Below, one piece after another: positions 9,870 to 18,911 of a stretch of 64,000 nucleotides of DNA (its first letter is position 1; every line of letters begins with the position of its first letter). Source of the stretch: Candidatus Latescibacterota bacterium (lineage in GTDB: Bacteria > Latescibacterota > UBA2968 > UBA8231); assembly GCA_965203175.1 (NCBI GenBank), contig OZ241867.1:5152001-5216000 (forward strand), read 5' to 3'. The notes below the pieces were generated by a model. It had not been told where the DNA came from, searched no databases, and saw only the letters and a program-made list of their open reading frames with translations. The position numbers were made by a program, and so were the translations under genes.

Positions 9870-10688
9870 GTGATCAAATTGAGTACAATGGCCCGCGAGA
9901 CGCCTACCACCACCATTGATCAGGTCATCGAACAGGCCCGCCAGTTGCAGCTAGATGGCGTGGATTTCCATTTGTCGGGCATGGACCGCAGCGTCAAGTA
10001 TATCAACCACGTCAAGAACCTCTGTCTCAAACGCGGCCTGAACATCGGCTATGCTGGAGCCGGCAGCTTTGTAGGGCTGGCCGAGGACCGGGCCAAGCGG
10101 ATGGAGCAAGGCCGCGCCGACGTCGATGCCGCAGCTTTGCTGGGAGCGCAGGTGCTGCGCGTTTTCGCGCGCCACAAGTGGCCGAGTACCGTCGAGGAAC
10201 AAGAGGCCCTGTGGCGTCCGATGATTGAGGATTTTCAGGCGATTGCCGATTACGCAGCCCAACGCGGGGTCCTGATCGCCTTGCAAAACCACGACAACGG
10301 CAGTTTCGCCATGACCGCGGACCAAGTGCTGCGCATCCTGCGCGAGACCGAGCGCGACAATTTCAGTTTCCTGTTGGATACCGGGCAATGGCTGGGAGCC
10401 ATTGGCTCGCATCCGCGCGGCGAGTTCGACCCAAATGTCGATCTGTACAAAGACTATCTGGAGCCGACCGCGCCTTTTGCCACGTACGTGCGAGCCAAGA
10501 TCTACAAGATCGACAGCGGCGTTGAGGAGTTTATCGACTACAGGCGCGTGTTAGAAATTCTGCGCGGAGTGGATTTCAACGGTACGATCGGCTTGGTATT
10601 TGAACTAGGCGAGTTCAACAGTTGCAGCCACGAGGAATGCATGCGCTTGGCCGCAGCCCATTTGCGCGAAGTAATCGCCGCTAGCTGA
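9870..10688 (+). CDS. Sugar phosphate isomerase/epimerase (xylose isomerase-like TIM barrel)
   Basis: LGAQVLRVF, ALQNHD, LLDTGQW, IDY..V..IL..V.FNG. Confidence 0.82.
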   Translation: MIKLSTMARETPTTTIDQVIEQARQLQLDGVDFHLSGMDRSVKYINHVKNLCLKRGLNIGYAGAGSFVGLAEDRAKRMEQGRADVDAAALLGAQVLRVFARHKWPSTVEEQEALWRPMIEDFQAIADYAAQRGVLIALQNHDNGSFAMTADQVLRILRETERDNFSFLLDTGQWLGAIGSHPRGEFDPNVDLYKDYLEPTAPFATYVRAKIYKIDSGVEEFIDYRRVLEILRGVDFNGTIGLVFELGEFNSCSHEECMRLAAAHLREVIAAS

Positions 10689-10764
10689 TACAGCATTCCG
10701 GCCCTGTCCATGCGCCGCTGACCTTATTGCCCTATCTTCGTCGGGCCAACTGAAAGGAATAGCC

Positions 10765-11637
10765 ATGTCCGCACCTGATCCCAGCACCGCCAAGCCCCTC
10801 CTCTTTCAACAGAGCCGCGTCGGCTACGTCGAGATAGACGAGGTTGACCTACCCCGCACCAACGCCGCCGGCAAGCCGGTAATTGATCCAACGCCGGAAC
10901 AGAGGTACTTGTTCGACACCCAAGGTTGGCTGTTGATACCCGGTCTGCTCAGCGAAGACGAAGTGGAGGAGATGCGGGCCTTTTGCTATCGCTTGCACCA
11001 AGAGCCCGAATCGCTGCCAGAGCCGCAGCGCAGTCCTATTGGCGGCCCCTTGGAAGAGTTGACCGACCATCCCTTTATCGTCGGTTTTATGAACGAATTT
11101 CTCGCCAATCCCGATCTGTCGAGCCAGGACTGCTACGGTTTCCGCATGGAATCGACCAGCCTAGCTATGCGCCAGACCGGAGAAGGGGGGTTTGGCCCCC
11201 ACAACGGCAATGGCCTGTGGCGCTTGCCCGGCGACGGACACAACTACCGCTGCGTGCCCGGCAAGGCGCGCAGCAGCTTGACCTGCGTAGTGTGGGAATT
11301 AAACGAGGTCGATGCCACTGGCGGCGGCACTCTGTTCATCAACGGCAGCCACAAGGCCGCCTTCCCCTTGCCCGCTGGAGCCCAGAGCCTCGATTCGGAC
11401 CTTTGGACCCGATACACGTGTCCGGCTGGCTCCCTGCTCATTTTCGCAGAGAGCACCACCCACACCGCTTCTCCGTGGGGCAGCACCGACCACGAGCGCT
11501 GCGCCATCTTCAGCCGCTACAATTACGTCGATAGCAAATGGCACAAGTGGCAACCTCTCCCCGAAGCACTCGAAGCCATGCCACCCAAGCGCCGCACGCT
11601 CTTCCGAGCCGTCCACGTCGAAGGCAATCTGATATAG
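10765..11637 (+). CDS. PhyH-like Fe(II)/2OG oxygenase with HxG motif
   Basis: YLFDTQGWL, GPHNG, GGTLFINGSHKA, CPAGS..IF.E..TH, ERCA. Confidence 0.82.
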   Translation: MSAPDPSTAKPLLFQQSRVGYVEIDEVDLPRTNAAGKPVIDPTPEQRYLFDTQGWLLIPGLLSEDEVEEMRAFCYRLHQEPESLPEPQRSPIGGPLEELTDHPFIVGFMNEFLANPDLSSQDCYGFRMESTSLAMRQTGEGGFGPHNGNGLWRLPGDGHNYRCVPGKARSSLTCVVWELNEVDATGGGTLFINGSHKAAFPLPAGAQSLDSDLWTRYTCPAGSLLIFAESTTHTASPWGSTDHERCAIFSRYNYVDSKWHKWQPLPEALEAMPPKRRTLFRAVHVEGNLI

Positions 11638-11685
11638 TGCGATAGTAGAGTCGAAAATTAGTGATCGTCGCCCGAGTAAATCCAC

Positions 11686-11863
11686 ATAGAGTCTGCCAGT
11701 TTACCAGTAGGATATAACGGCTACCTTTCTCAATACACTTCTGTAACTGATGGGAAATGTAGCCGTCCATACTTGATATGATCTTTTGCGCCTCGCCAAA
11801 AGCAGCCTCAAACTCCTTCTCACGACCGGGCTTAACGTCCAATATTGCAACTTCTAAAATCAT
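11686..11863 (-). pseudogene. Antibiotic biosynthesis monooxygenase (ABM) family, 3'-disrupted
   Basis: MILEVAILDVKPGREKEFEAAF..YILLVNWQTL is ABM-like; the rest of the ORF is unrelated and runs antisense into the PhyH gene. Confidence 0.65.
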
Positions 11864-11900
11864 TATTTAATTCTTTTATTTCGTTAAAATGGATACCGAT

Positions 11901-12602
11901 TCATCCGTCAATTTCTACCGGCACCACACAACCGTAATAAAAGAACTCTCCGGTTGTTTCAACTGATCCACTCCAGCCAAGATCGCGCAATTGCCGTTCC
12001 AACTGATCCGGGTCGTGGAATACTTTTACGATGTTAAACGTCCGACCATCGTTCAGCTTCCGTTCCATTACGCCCGAATCGTCGATTGCAGCGTGATCCC
12101 GTGCGGTTGACTCTTGCGTTGCCAGACCGTCAACAAAGAAAGCTCTACCCCCCGGCTTTAGGGCGACGCGAACCAACTCCCATAACCGATTGAATTGCTG
12201 TGCCGGAACGTGCGACAGCCAGAACCCAAAAAAGACAAAGTCATACTTTTCGGTCGGCCACCACTCAAAAAGATCCGCCACCACATACTGCACCGGTGCA
12301 TTACCAATCTTGGTGCGATTGATCTCAATCGTCTCGGGAGAAGCATCTATGGCCGTCAGATCAGCGGCACCTTGCGCCAGACATGCTGTCCACAATCCCG
12401 TGCCGCAAGCAAGCTCAAGACATTTGCCGAACGGCCGCTCCCGCTCCAGTGCCGATCGCACAACGTCTAATTCCGCACTCCACTGGAATTTGTGCTCGTC
12501 GCCCCGGTCGTATCGTCCCTGGCGTGAATGCCACTCGTCATACTCGGCAGCGCGCGCCCGGTAATAGGCGACTTGTTCCTGCAGAATTGATTTGTCAGCC
12601 AT
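11901..12602 (-). CDS. Class I SAM-dependent methyltransferase
   Basis: YYRARAAEYD, LELACGTG, FGFWLSH, LKPGG. Confidence 0.9.
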   Translation of the reverse strand: MADKSILQEQVAYYRARAAEYDEWHSRQGRYDRGDEHKFQWSAELDVVRSALERERPFGKCLELACGTGLWTACLAQGAADLTAIDASPETIEINRTKIGNAPVQYVVADLFEWWPTEKYDFVFFGFWLSHVPAQQFNRLWELVRVALKPGGRAFFVDGLATQESTARDHAAIDDSGVMERKLNDGRTFNIVKVFHDPDQLERQLRDLGWSGSVETTGEFFYYGCVVPVEIDG

Positions 12603-12629
12603 CGTTTCTACTCCTTTGCGATTCCGATA

Positions 12630-13397
12630 TTAGGCCTGCGCCGTCACAATGGGTTGAAAATAACCAGACCGCTCAGGTCCATGCCATGCGATCCTTGCAA
12701 ATCCGGCTGACTCCAAGGCCGCAGTAAGCTCGTTGCGTCTTATTGCCCTGTAGCGAGTCCTGATCTCCTTCACCCGCCATTCACTCGCCGCCCGACTTAT
12801 TATAAAAAGCCGCAATAGATAGGTATCTGATTCCTTGGACCAGTCCCAGATCTGAAACACTATTACTTCTTCCTCATGTGTCCCGCCGGGATTCATAGCT
12901 ACAAACGATGGTTTTTCGGCGAGCAACTGATCGTAGTCGCGGATACTGGCAACAAACAATCCTTTGTCCGTCAGTACGCGCCGGATGTTTCGCAGAGCAA
13001 GTGTTAAATCTTCGTCAGTCAAAAGATGCGGCAGGGAATTATCGCAGCTAATCACAACATCAAACTTCTGGCCAAACGCACATTCCAACTCGCGAACATC
13101 GGCAACCGCGAATCGCATATTCAGCCCTCGCTTAGCAGCTTCTGATTCCGCCCGTGCGACTGCCTTCGGGCTGAGATCGGACGCAAAAACTTCGTATCCT
13201 CGCTGCGCCAAGCCAATTGCCTGAGTGCCTATTCCGCAGGAACAATCTAGGACAACCGGTACACTCACTGAAGATTCACATCGAATCAACTGATCTAGCA
13301 CGGACGACTGCCGTTCGATTGCCGATTCCCAGTCGGCGTAAACGCAATGGTAATCAGCGGCTAGATCGTCGTAAAAGCGTTCGACGGATTCGCTCAC
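12630..13397 (-). CDS. Class I SAM-dependent methyltransferase (glycine/sarcosine N-methyltransferase-like)
   Basis: LDCSCGIGTQ, CDNSLPHL, SIRDYD. Confidence 0.88.
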   Translation of the reverse strand: MSESVERFYDDLAADYHCVYADWESAIERQSSVLDQLIRCESSVSVPVVLDCSCGIGTQAIGLAQRGYEVFASDLSPKAVARAESEAAKRGLNMRFAVADVRELECAFGQKFDVVISCDNSLPHLLTDEDLTLALRNIRRVLTDKGLFVASIRDYDQLLAEKPSFVAMNPGGTHEEEVIVFQIWDWSKESDTYLLRLFIISRAASEWRVKEIRTRYRAIRRNELTAALESAGFARIAWHGPERSGYFQPIVTAQA

Positions 13398-13439
13398 CTT
13401 GCTGGCTCTCTCAACAAATCTATGCTTCTTGACGGAACA

Positions 13440-14291
13440 CTATCTATCTTCCGGGAACTCCACATAATCAATTTCCATTGGCTGCTTGAGCCGCTTCTCT
13501 AGTTCCAGTAGATCCGATCGGCCCGCCGGTACATCCTTCTCCATAATCCCATCTGGATGCACCGTCACCGTGGTCGTCACTCCCATAAATGCCTTCTCTG
13601 CCGTCGTCCGCGACACCTGAATGCCGTCCTCTGAAATGGCCATGCGAGAATGGGCAATACGTCCCTCGCCAATAACCCGAAAGAGAAGAGCTAATACGCC
13701 GGACATTGGACGCCCTGTAATCCCCTCAATCTCATCGTAAACAGCCCAATCCCCAAAATCCAGCAAGCGATAGGTCATTACCTGCCAATTAGTCACCTTA
13801 AAACGCGGCGTCGCAAGCGTATCCAAGTACGAATACCGGTCTGGCTTGCCCGGCCCATCCCCCCAACTGATCCGCACATTCACGGCCAGTTCCGGCATCG
13901 GCCCTTCCACCACCTCGCGGATGACTCGATCTAGCCGATAGTCGACTTCTATATTCTGTCCGTATTGATAGCTCAGCAGCGCGTACTGCGGCGCTGTATC
14001 CTCTGTCCGTCCAGTCACCTCTAAAAACGACCGGAACCACTCCTCCTGCCCGATAAACAGAGGCAGTCCGTCTGGATCGCGCTCCCTAGCTTGCCGCGCA
14101 AGACAAAACACTACTTCCGCCTGAAACCGTGCGCCATTGGTCGTCGCCGTCGGGTCGTAGTCACCATGCTGCCGCATCGCCTCCAGCACCTCCGACCGAT
14201 CCACCACATTATACACTCCGTCTGCACCTTCCAGCGGATCGGGCAGTAGCAAAAAACAGAGGACGGTTACAATCCCCAACCTCCCGCCCAT
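13440..14291 (-). CDS. Secreted hypothetical protein, tandem paralogue A
   Basis: Signal-peptide-like N-terminus; extensive identity with 14293-15159. Confidence 0.75.
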   Translation of the reverse strand: MGGRLGIVTVLCFLLLPDPLEGADGVYNVVDRSEVLEAMRQHGDYDPTATTNGARFQAEVVFCLARQARERDPDGLPLFIGQEEWFRSFLEVTGRTEDTAPQYALLSYQYGQNIEVDYRLDRVIREVVEGPMPELAVNVRISWGDGPGKPDRYSYLDTLATPRFKVTNWQVMTYRLLDFGDWAVYDEIEGITGRPMSGVLALLFRVIGEGRIAHSRMAISEDGIQVSRTTAEKAFMGVTTTVTVHPDGIMEKDVPAGRSDLLELEKRLKQPMEIDYVEFPEDR

Positions 14292-14292
14292 A

Positions 14293-15159
14293 TTACCTAT
14301 CGTCCGAAAACTCCACATAATCAATTTCCATCGGCTGCTTGAGCCGCCTTTCCAGTTCCAGCAGATCTGGTCGGCCGTCCGGCACATCCCTCTCTACAGT
14401 CCCATCTGGATAGATTGTCACCGTGATCATCACTTTCATATACGCCTTCTCTGCCCTCGTCCGCGACACCTGAATACCGTCCTTTGCAATGGCTATGCGA
14501 GAATGTGTCATATGTCCCTCGCCAATGAGCTGAAAAAGAAGAGCTAATACTCCGGACTCTGGACGCGCTGTAATTCCCTCAATCTCATCGTAAACAATCC
14601 AATCCCCAAAATCCAGCAAGCGATAGGTAATCACCTGATGATTAGTCACCCTAACAGTCGGCGTCGAAAGCGTATCTATGTACGAATACCGGTCTGGTCT
14701 GCCCGGCCCATCCTCCCATCTGATCCGCACATTCACGGCCAGTTCCGGCATCGGCCCTTCCACCACCTCGCGGATGACCCGATCTAGCCGATAGTCCACT
14801 TCCATATTCTGTTCGTAGCGATAGTTCAGCAGGGCGTACCGCGGTGCCGTATGCTCCGTATGCCCGGTCACCTCCAAAAACGACCGAAACCACTCCTCGT
14901 GCCCGATAAATAGTGGCGGGCCGTCCGGATCGCGCTCCCTAGCTTGCCGCGCAAGATAAAACACCACATCCGCCAACCACAAGCCATTGGTCGTCGCTGT
15001 TAGTTCATAACCACCATAATGCTGCCGCATCGCCTCCAGCACCTCCGACCGATCCACCACATTATAGTCTCCTTCTACACCTACCAATTGATCTGGTAGT
15101 AACGAAAAACAGAGGACGGTTGCGATCCTCAAACTCCCAATGTATTGAAAGCTGGTCAT
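14293..15159 (-). CDS. Secreted hypothetical protein, tandem paralogue B
   Basis: Shares YNVVDRSEVLEAMRQH ... RLKQPMEIDYVEF with paralogue A. Confidence 0.75.
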   Translation of the reverse strand: MTSFQYIGSLRIATVLCFSLLPDQLVGVEGDYNVVDRSEVLEAMRQHYGGYELTATTNGLWLADVVFYLARQARERDPDGPPLFIGHEEWFRSFLEVTGHTEHTAPRYALLNYRYEQNMEVDYRLDRVIREVVEGPMPELAVNVRIRWEDGPGRPDRYSYIDTLSTPTVRVTNHQVITYRLLDFGDWIVYDEIEGITARPESGVLALLFQLIGEGHMTHSRIAIAKDGIQVSRTRAEKAYMKVMITVTIYPDGTVERDVPDGRPDLLELERRLKQPMEIDYVEFSDDR

Positions 15160-15243
15160 AACCCATATCCGTCTGCATAAAAGATTTTTTGTATCTATGG
15201 GATCATTGGATGCTCAGATCGTCAAAACGGCAAGGCTAAATTT

Positions 15244-16029
15244 CTATTGCAGCAACTCGCCGGGGATGCGCGAGCCGGGATATTCTTTTTCTGGGTCGCG
15301 CTCGGCAATGGTGGCCGGCACTTCATCGGTCCAATAGGCGGGTACCGTCTCCGGACGCCGGTGCCAAGCCAGTACTAACGTGCGGCGTTCGTCGGTCTGG
15401 TTGCGATACGCCGAGTGCAGCACGCGAGCGTCGGCCAGCACTAAGTCGCCGGCCTTGACACAGACATCGACTTGGTCGGGGTGGTCGCTGAACATGGTCG
15501 GGTGGTCTTCTTCTATAAAACGCGCCCCTTGCTCGTGGGCTGGCACCATATCGTCGTGCAGAGGGATGCGCTTGTGGTGCGTGCCGGGAATGACTTTGAG
15601 ACAGCCGTTTTCCGGCGAGGTATCGCTCAAGTAGTAGGACACAAAAATGATCTGCGGCCACGGCGAACAGCTCAAGGGGTCGTTCCACTGCATCCAGTCT
15701 TGGTGCCAGTACAGGGCCGGCTCGTCGGGATCTTTGGTCAAGAGGATGATGCCACCCGTGCTGGCAAAGTCGCCTAGCCCCATCTGTTCGAGAGCGCGGC
15801 GCGTAGGGGGCCAGTCGAGCAGCTTCTGGATGGTCGGATTGTCCTCCCCGCGCGCGGTGACGTGCTGACCCTGGTATTTGAAGTCGGGCGGCGGCACCCA
15901 GTCCTCCATCATATGCTCGGTCTCGTCGTGCAATTCCTGTAAGAATTCGTCGCTGAGAATGTTATCAACCACGCAGAATCCGTCGCGCAACAACTGTTGG
16001 CGTTTTTCTATAGCTTCTTCAGGAGTCAT
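15244..16029 (-). CDS. Phytanoyl-CoA dioxygenase (PhyH) family protein
   Basis: WHQDW, ENGCLKVIPGTH, VLHSAY.N.T..RR. Confidence 0.9.
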   Translation of the reverse strand: MTPEEAIEKRQQLLRDGFCVVDNILSDEFLQELHDETEHMMEDWVPPPDFKYQGQHVTARGEDNPTIQKLLDWPPTRRALEQMGLGDFASTGGIILLTKDPDEPALYWHQDWMQWNDPLSCSPWPQIIFVSYYLSDTSPENGCLKVIPGTHHKRIPLHDDMVPAHEQGARFIEEDHPTMFSDHPDQVDVCVKAGDLVLADARVLHSAYRNQTDERRTLVLAWHRRPETVPAYWTDEVPATIAERDPEKEYPGSRIPGELLQ

Positions 16030-16061
16030 TGGCAACCTCGGCGAAAGGTGTGGGCTGTGCT

Positions 16062-17258
16062 TCAATTTTGATAAGGCTCGGTGCGGCCTCCGGTCAAGGC
16101 GCGGTCAAAGCTCGGACGCATCAGTTCGGTTAAAACGGGCGGTAGCTCACCCCGCTGTGCTTTGAGTGCCCACAGCGGCGGCACGGCGTGAGGCGGCTGC
16201 ACCAACCCGGTGCGGTCGTCGGCTTTTTTATACGCATATAGGGTACACCAGCGGGTCTCTTTGTCCACTCCCTTCGGAGCCACGCCGTGTGCTCCGTGCG
16301 ACAGACAGCAGACGACCGAGCCGGGAGGCAGTTCGAGATGTTCGATGGCCAGCGGCTTCCCCGTGATGGGATGGACGCGTCCCTTGAGCCAACCAGCTTC
16401 GATCTCCTCGTCGGTGGCCGCTCGGCAGTTGTCCGGGTCGCGGAACAGGTGGCTGCCGCGAATGAGCTTGAGGCCGCCATCGTCAGCGGCGCTAAATCCC
16501 TGGGGATAGCACAGGGTGAGGTTGGTATTGGGTTGGGCTTGGTACTCGGCCACATTGCGGATGGAGCCGCGATCGTAGCCTGCACCGATCTTGTGGCTGT
16601 GCCAGCCGCCGCCAGCGTAACCCGGCGGCCGGATGAGGAGCTGGTTGTGATCGAAATACACGGCCTCCGTGCCCAAGCACAGCCTCTGTAGGTGCAACAT
16701 CTGCGGATGGGTCAGCACATCCATGAGGAAAGGAACGTGGCCAGCGGGAAAGTACTCGGTGAAAACGCTGTGCCGACGCAGGGTCAGCACGCCGGCCTCG
16801 TCGGTTCTTTGCGGGGCTTTCTGGCTGCCGCCCAAGGCACCGTCAATGGCCTCGGTGCTCAGTTGGCACTCGGGTGGGCGGCGGCCCAAGCGGGGCCAAT
16901 CTATTTGGCTCCAGTCCGCCTGCAAAAGAGCGTCGTTGCGCTGTTGGCCGTGCTGCAGCGCCTCAGTCCAAGTCTCAATGACGGACGGGGGCACGATGCC
17001 CCGCAGTACGGCGTACCCATCGCGCAGATAGGTATCGCGGTCGAATTGAGTCTCCAACTTGTCCCAATCAAAAATATCGCAACGCTCGGCCTCCAAGCGA
17101 TCCCAGTCTTCTGGCGTCCATTGTAGGGGCGTCGGCTCGTCGCCGAGGAAATCCGGCCGACTCGCCCGAGCCAAATCGCCGATCGGACTGTGCAGGAATC
17201 GCTCCCACAGTGGATCGGCCAGTTGGTCTTCAAGCAAGGGATTGGGAGGCATTGACAT
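16062..17258 (-). CDS. PhyH-like protein with HxH motif and N-terminal extension
   Basis: RDGYAVL, GGWHSH, DGGLKLIRGSH, PPGS..SHGAH, TRW. Confidence 0.8.
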   Translation of the reverse strand: MSMPPNPLLEDQLADPLWERFLHSPIGDLARASRPDFLGDEPTPLQWTPEDWDRLEAERCDIFDWDKLETQFDRDTYLRDGYAVLRGIVPPSVIETWTEALQHGQQRNDALLQADWSQIDWPRLGRRPPECQLSTEAIDGALGGSQKAPQRTDEAGVLTLRRHSVFTEYFPAGHVPFLMDVLTHPQMLHLQRLCLGTEAVYFDHNQLLIRPPGYAGGGWHSHKIGAGYDRGSIRNVAEYQAQPNTNLTLCYPQGFSAADDGGLKLIRGSHLFRDPDNCRAATDEEIEAGWLKGRVHPITGKPLAIEHLELPPGSVVCCLSHGAHGVAPKGVDKETRWCTLYAYKKADDRTGLVQPPHAVPPLWALKAQRGELPPVLTELMRPSFDRALTGGRTEPYQN

Positions 17259-18049
17259 CACGAACTCGTCCCCTCGTCAACGCCCTCAAAAAGCGAAGGG
17301 AAAAATCGGTGCGGATCGGCTGGCTCGCCAAAGAGGATCTGCTGCCGCTGGGTCAGGTTGGCCGGCGGTTGCACGCGCCCGTTGGTCCAGGCCATTTGCG
17401 AGACGCAGTATTTGTAGAGCAAGGCGCGCCGCTGGTGGTGCCCATGCCAAGCGGCCGTCCCGTGCGTCAGAGCCTCGGTGAACAAGGTGACGGAGCCAGC
17501 CGGGGCCGAAGGGATGATCACGCAGGGGGCCTGTTCAGGCGCGTCGGCAATCGGTTGCGGCAGTTTGAAATTGCTCTTGTGGCTGCCGGGAATGCAGCAA
17601 AAGCCACCGTAGTCCGGCCCAGCGTCGGTCAAGTTCCAAGTCGCCACGACAAAGCCGTTGAGGATCTGGTTGTCGCGCAGGGGATAGTACTGGCCTGGCT
17701 GCGCCCCAGAGGTGGGCGCCGTTGGGCCGTAGTCGCAGTGCAAGATGCCTCTGGCCATGCCGTGGAGCAGACACAAGCCGTAGATCCGATCGAGGCGGAA
17801 GCAATCGCCCAAGCGGAAGCGCAGTATGGGCATAATCTGGGGGTGGTCGAGCAGGTCGATGAAGGGCTGGCCCCAGTCCAAAAAACCCGAGCCGTCGGGA
17901 GCAGAACCAAAGCGGTTGCCCTTTTCAGGCGGTAGGTGCGCGTCGAGCAAGTGGTTGAGGGCGGCCACTTCCTCGGCGTCGAGGACGTTTTCGAGCACCA
18001 AATAGCCCTGCACGTCGAATAGGTACTGCAGTATTTCGGGGTCGTTCAT
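17258..18049 (-). CDS. PhyH-like Fe(II)/2OG oxygenase
   Basis: YLFDVQGYL, LHCD, GGFCCIPGSHKS, EALTHGT, RRALL. Confidence 0.88.
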   Translation of the reverse strand: MNDPEILQYLFDVQGYLVLENVLDAEEVAALNHLLDAHLPPEKGNRFGSAPDGSGFLDWGQPFIDLLDHPQIMPILRFRLGDCFRLDRIYGLCLLHGMARGILHCDYGPTAPTSGAQPGQYYPLRDNQILNGFVVATWNLTDAGPDYGGFCCIPGSHKSNFKLPQPIADAPEQAPCVIIPSAPAGSVTLFTEALTHGTAAWHGHHQRRALLYKYCVSQMAWTNGRVQPPANLTQRQQILFGEPADPHRFFPSLFEGVDEGTSS

Positions 18050-18199
18050 GGCTGTAATGAGGCGGAGGCGGTGAAATTCCGGAAATTGTACCAACGGCCT
18101 CCAATATAGCCAGACCTATCACATGCCTCAATGAGGCCGGGATGTCCCTTCCCGAAAATTGGCGACAGACCTCACACGGCTCGTCAAAACCTGCTGCGC

Positions 18200-18259
18200 T
18201 TACGGGATAACTTCAAAGCCCATCTGTCGAAAATGGTGGTCCAACGTCAATGCCCGGCG
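18200..18259 (-). pseudogene. C-terminal remnant of a PIN-domain (VapC-like) toxin
   Basis: Manual translation RRALTLDHHFRQMGFEVIP* matches the A.T.D.HF.Q.GF tail of VapC proteins. Confidence 0.6.
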
Positions 18260-18261
18260 AC

Positions 18262-18777
18262 TTAGCCATCTTCTTTCGTCTCATCGCCCTCTTCCTCACT
18301 CTCACCGCCGTCTCCCTCGCTAGGCGGCCCCCCAATCCGCAGAACATGCCCATCTAAATCCTCAACTAGCATTTCCCGCGCTCCCCAGGGCCGGTCGACG
18401 GGCTCTTGCGTTACGACCGCCCCCGCTGCCGCGTATTCCTGGTGCAGCTTGTCAACATCGCCGACGTTGTAGTAGATCCACACCGGCCGGGCACCCTGCG
18501 AATTCTCGGCGAGAAAGACGTGTACCTCGCCATTGGATATGGAGGCAAAGGTCTTGTCGTCCTCTTCGGCGGGCCAGTCCCAGTCCTTGTTAAAACCGAG
18601 AACCGAAGTGTAGTGCTCAATGCTTGCCTCGACGCTTGCGACGTTCAGGATCGGCGTCATCGCGGTAAACGCCGTGGGTCCGTGACCATTGTCGTGCTCC
18701 TCATGGGCACCGGCGATTGAGCTAACGCCGACGGCGATTCCTGCAACTACTACTGCGGCGATTATGTGACCTCTCAC
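18262..18777 (-). CDS. VOC/glyoxalase/bleomycin-resistance family protein with signal peptide
   Basis: GTG start with GGAGG RBS; PILNV..VE.S..HY..VLGF, P.DRPWG.REM.V.D.DGH.LR. Confidence 0.82.
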   Translation of the reverse strand: MRGHIIAAVVVAGIAVGVSSIAGAHEEHDNGHGPTAFTAMTPILNVASVEASIEHYTSVLGFNKDWDWPAEEDDKTFASISNGEVHVFLAENSQGARPVWIYYNVGDVDKLHQEYAAAGAVVTQEPVDRPWGAREMLVEDLDGHVLRIGGPPSEGDGGESEEEGDETKEDG

Positions 18778-18911
18778 GATTTTCCTCCCGTGGATGAGTT
18801 CAATTCGGTAGAATTCGATTGTACCGCCTGCACCGAACCCGGTCAATGTTGACAGCCACCCCCCAGCGCGAAGATATTGGAGGCTGTTTATCCCAGCTCA
18901 GGAGACGCGCA

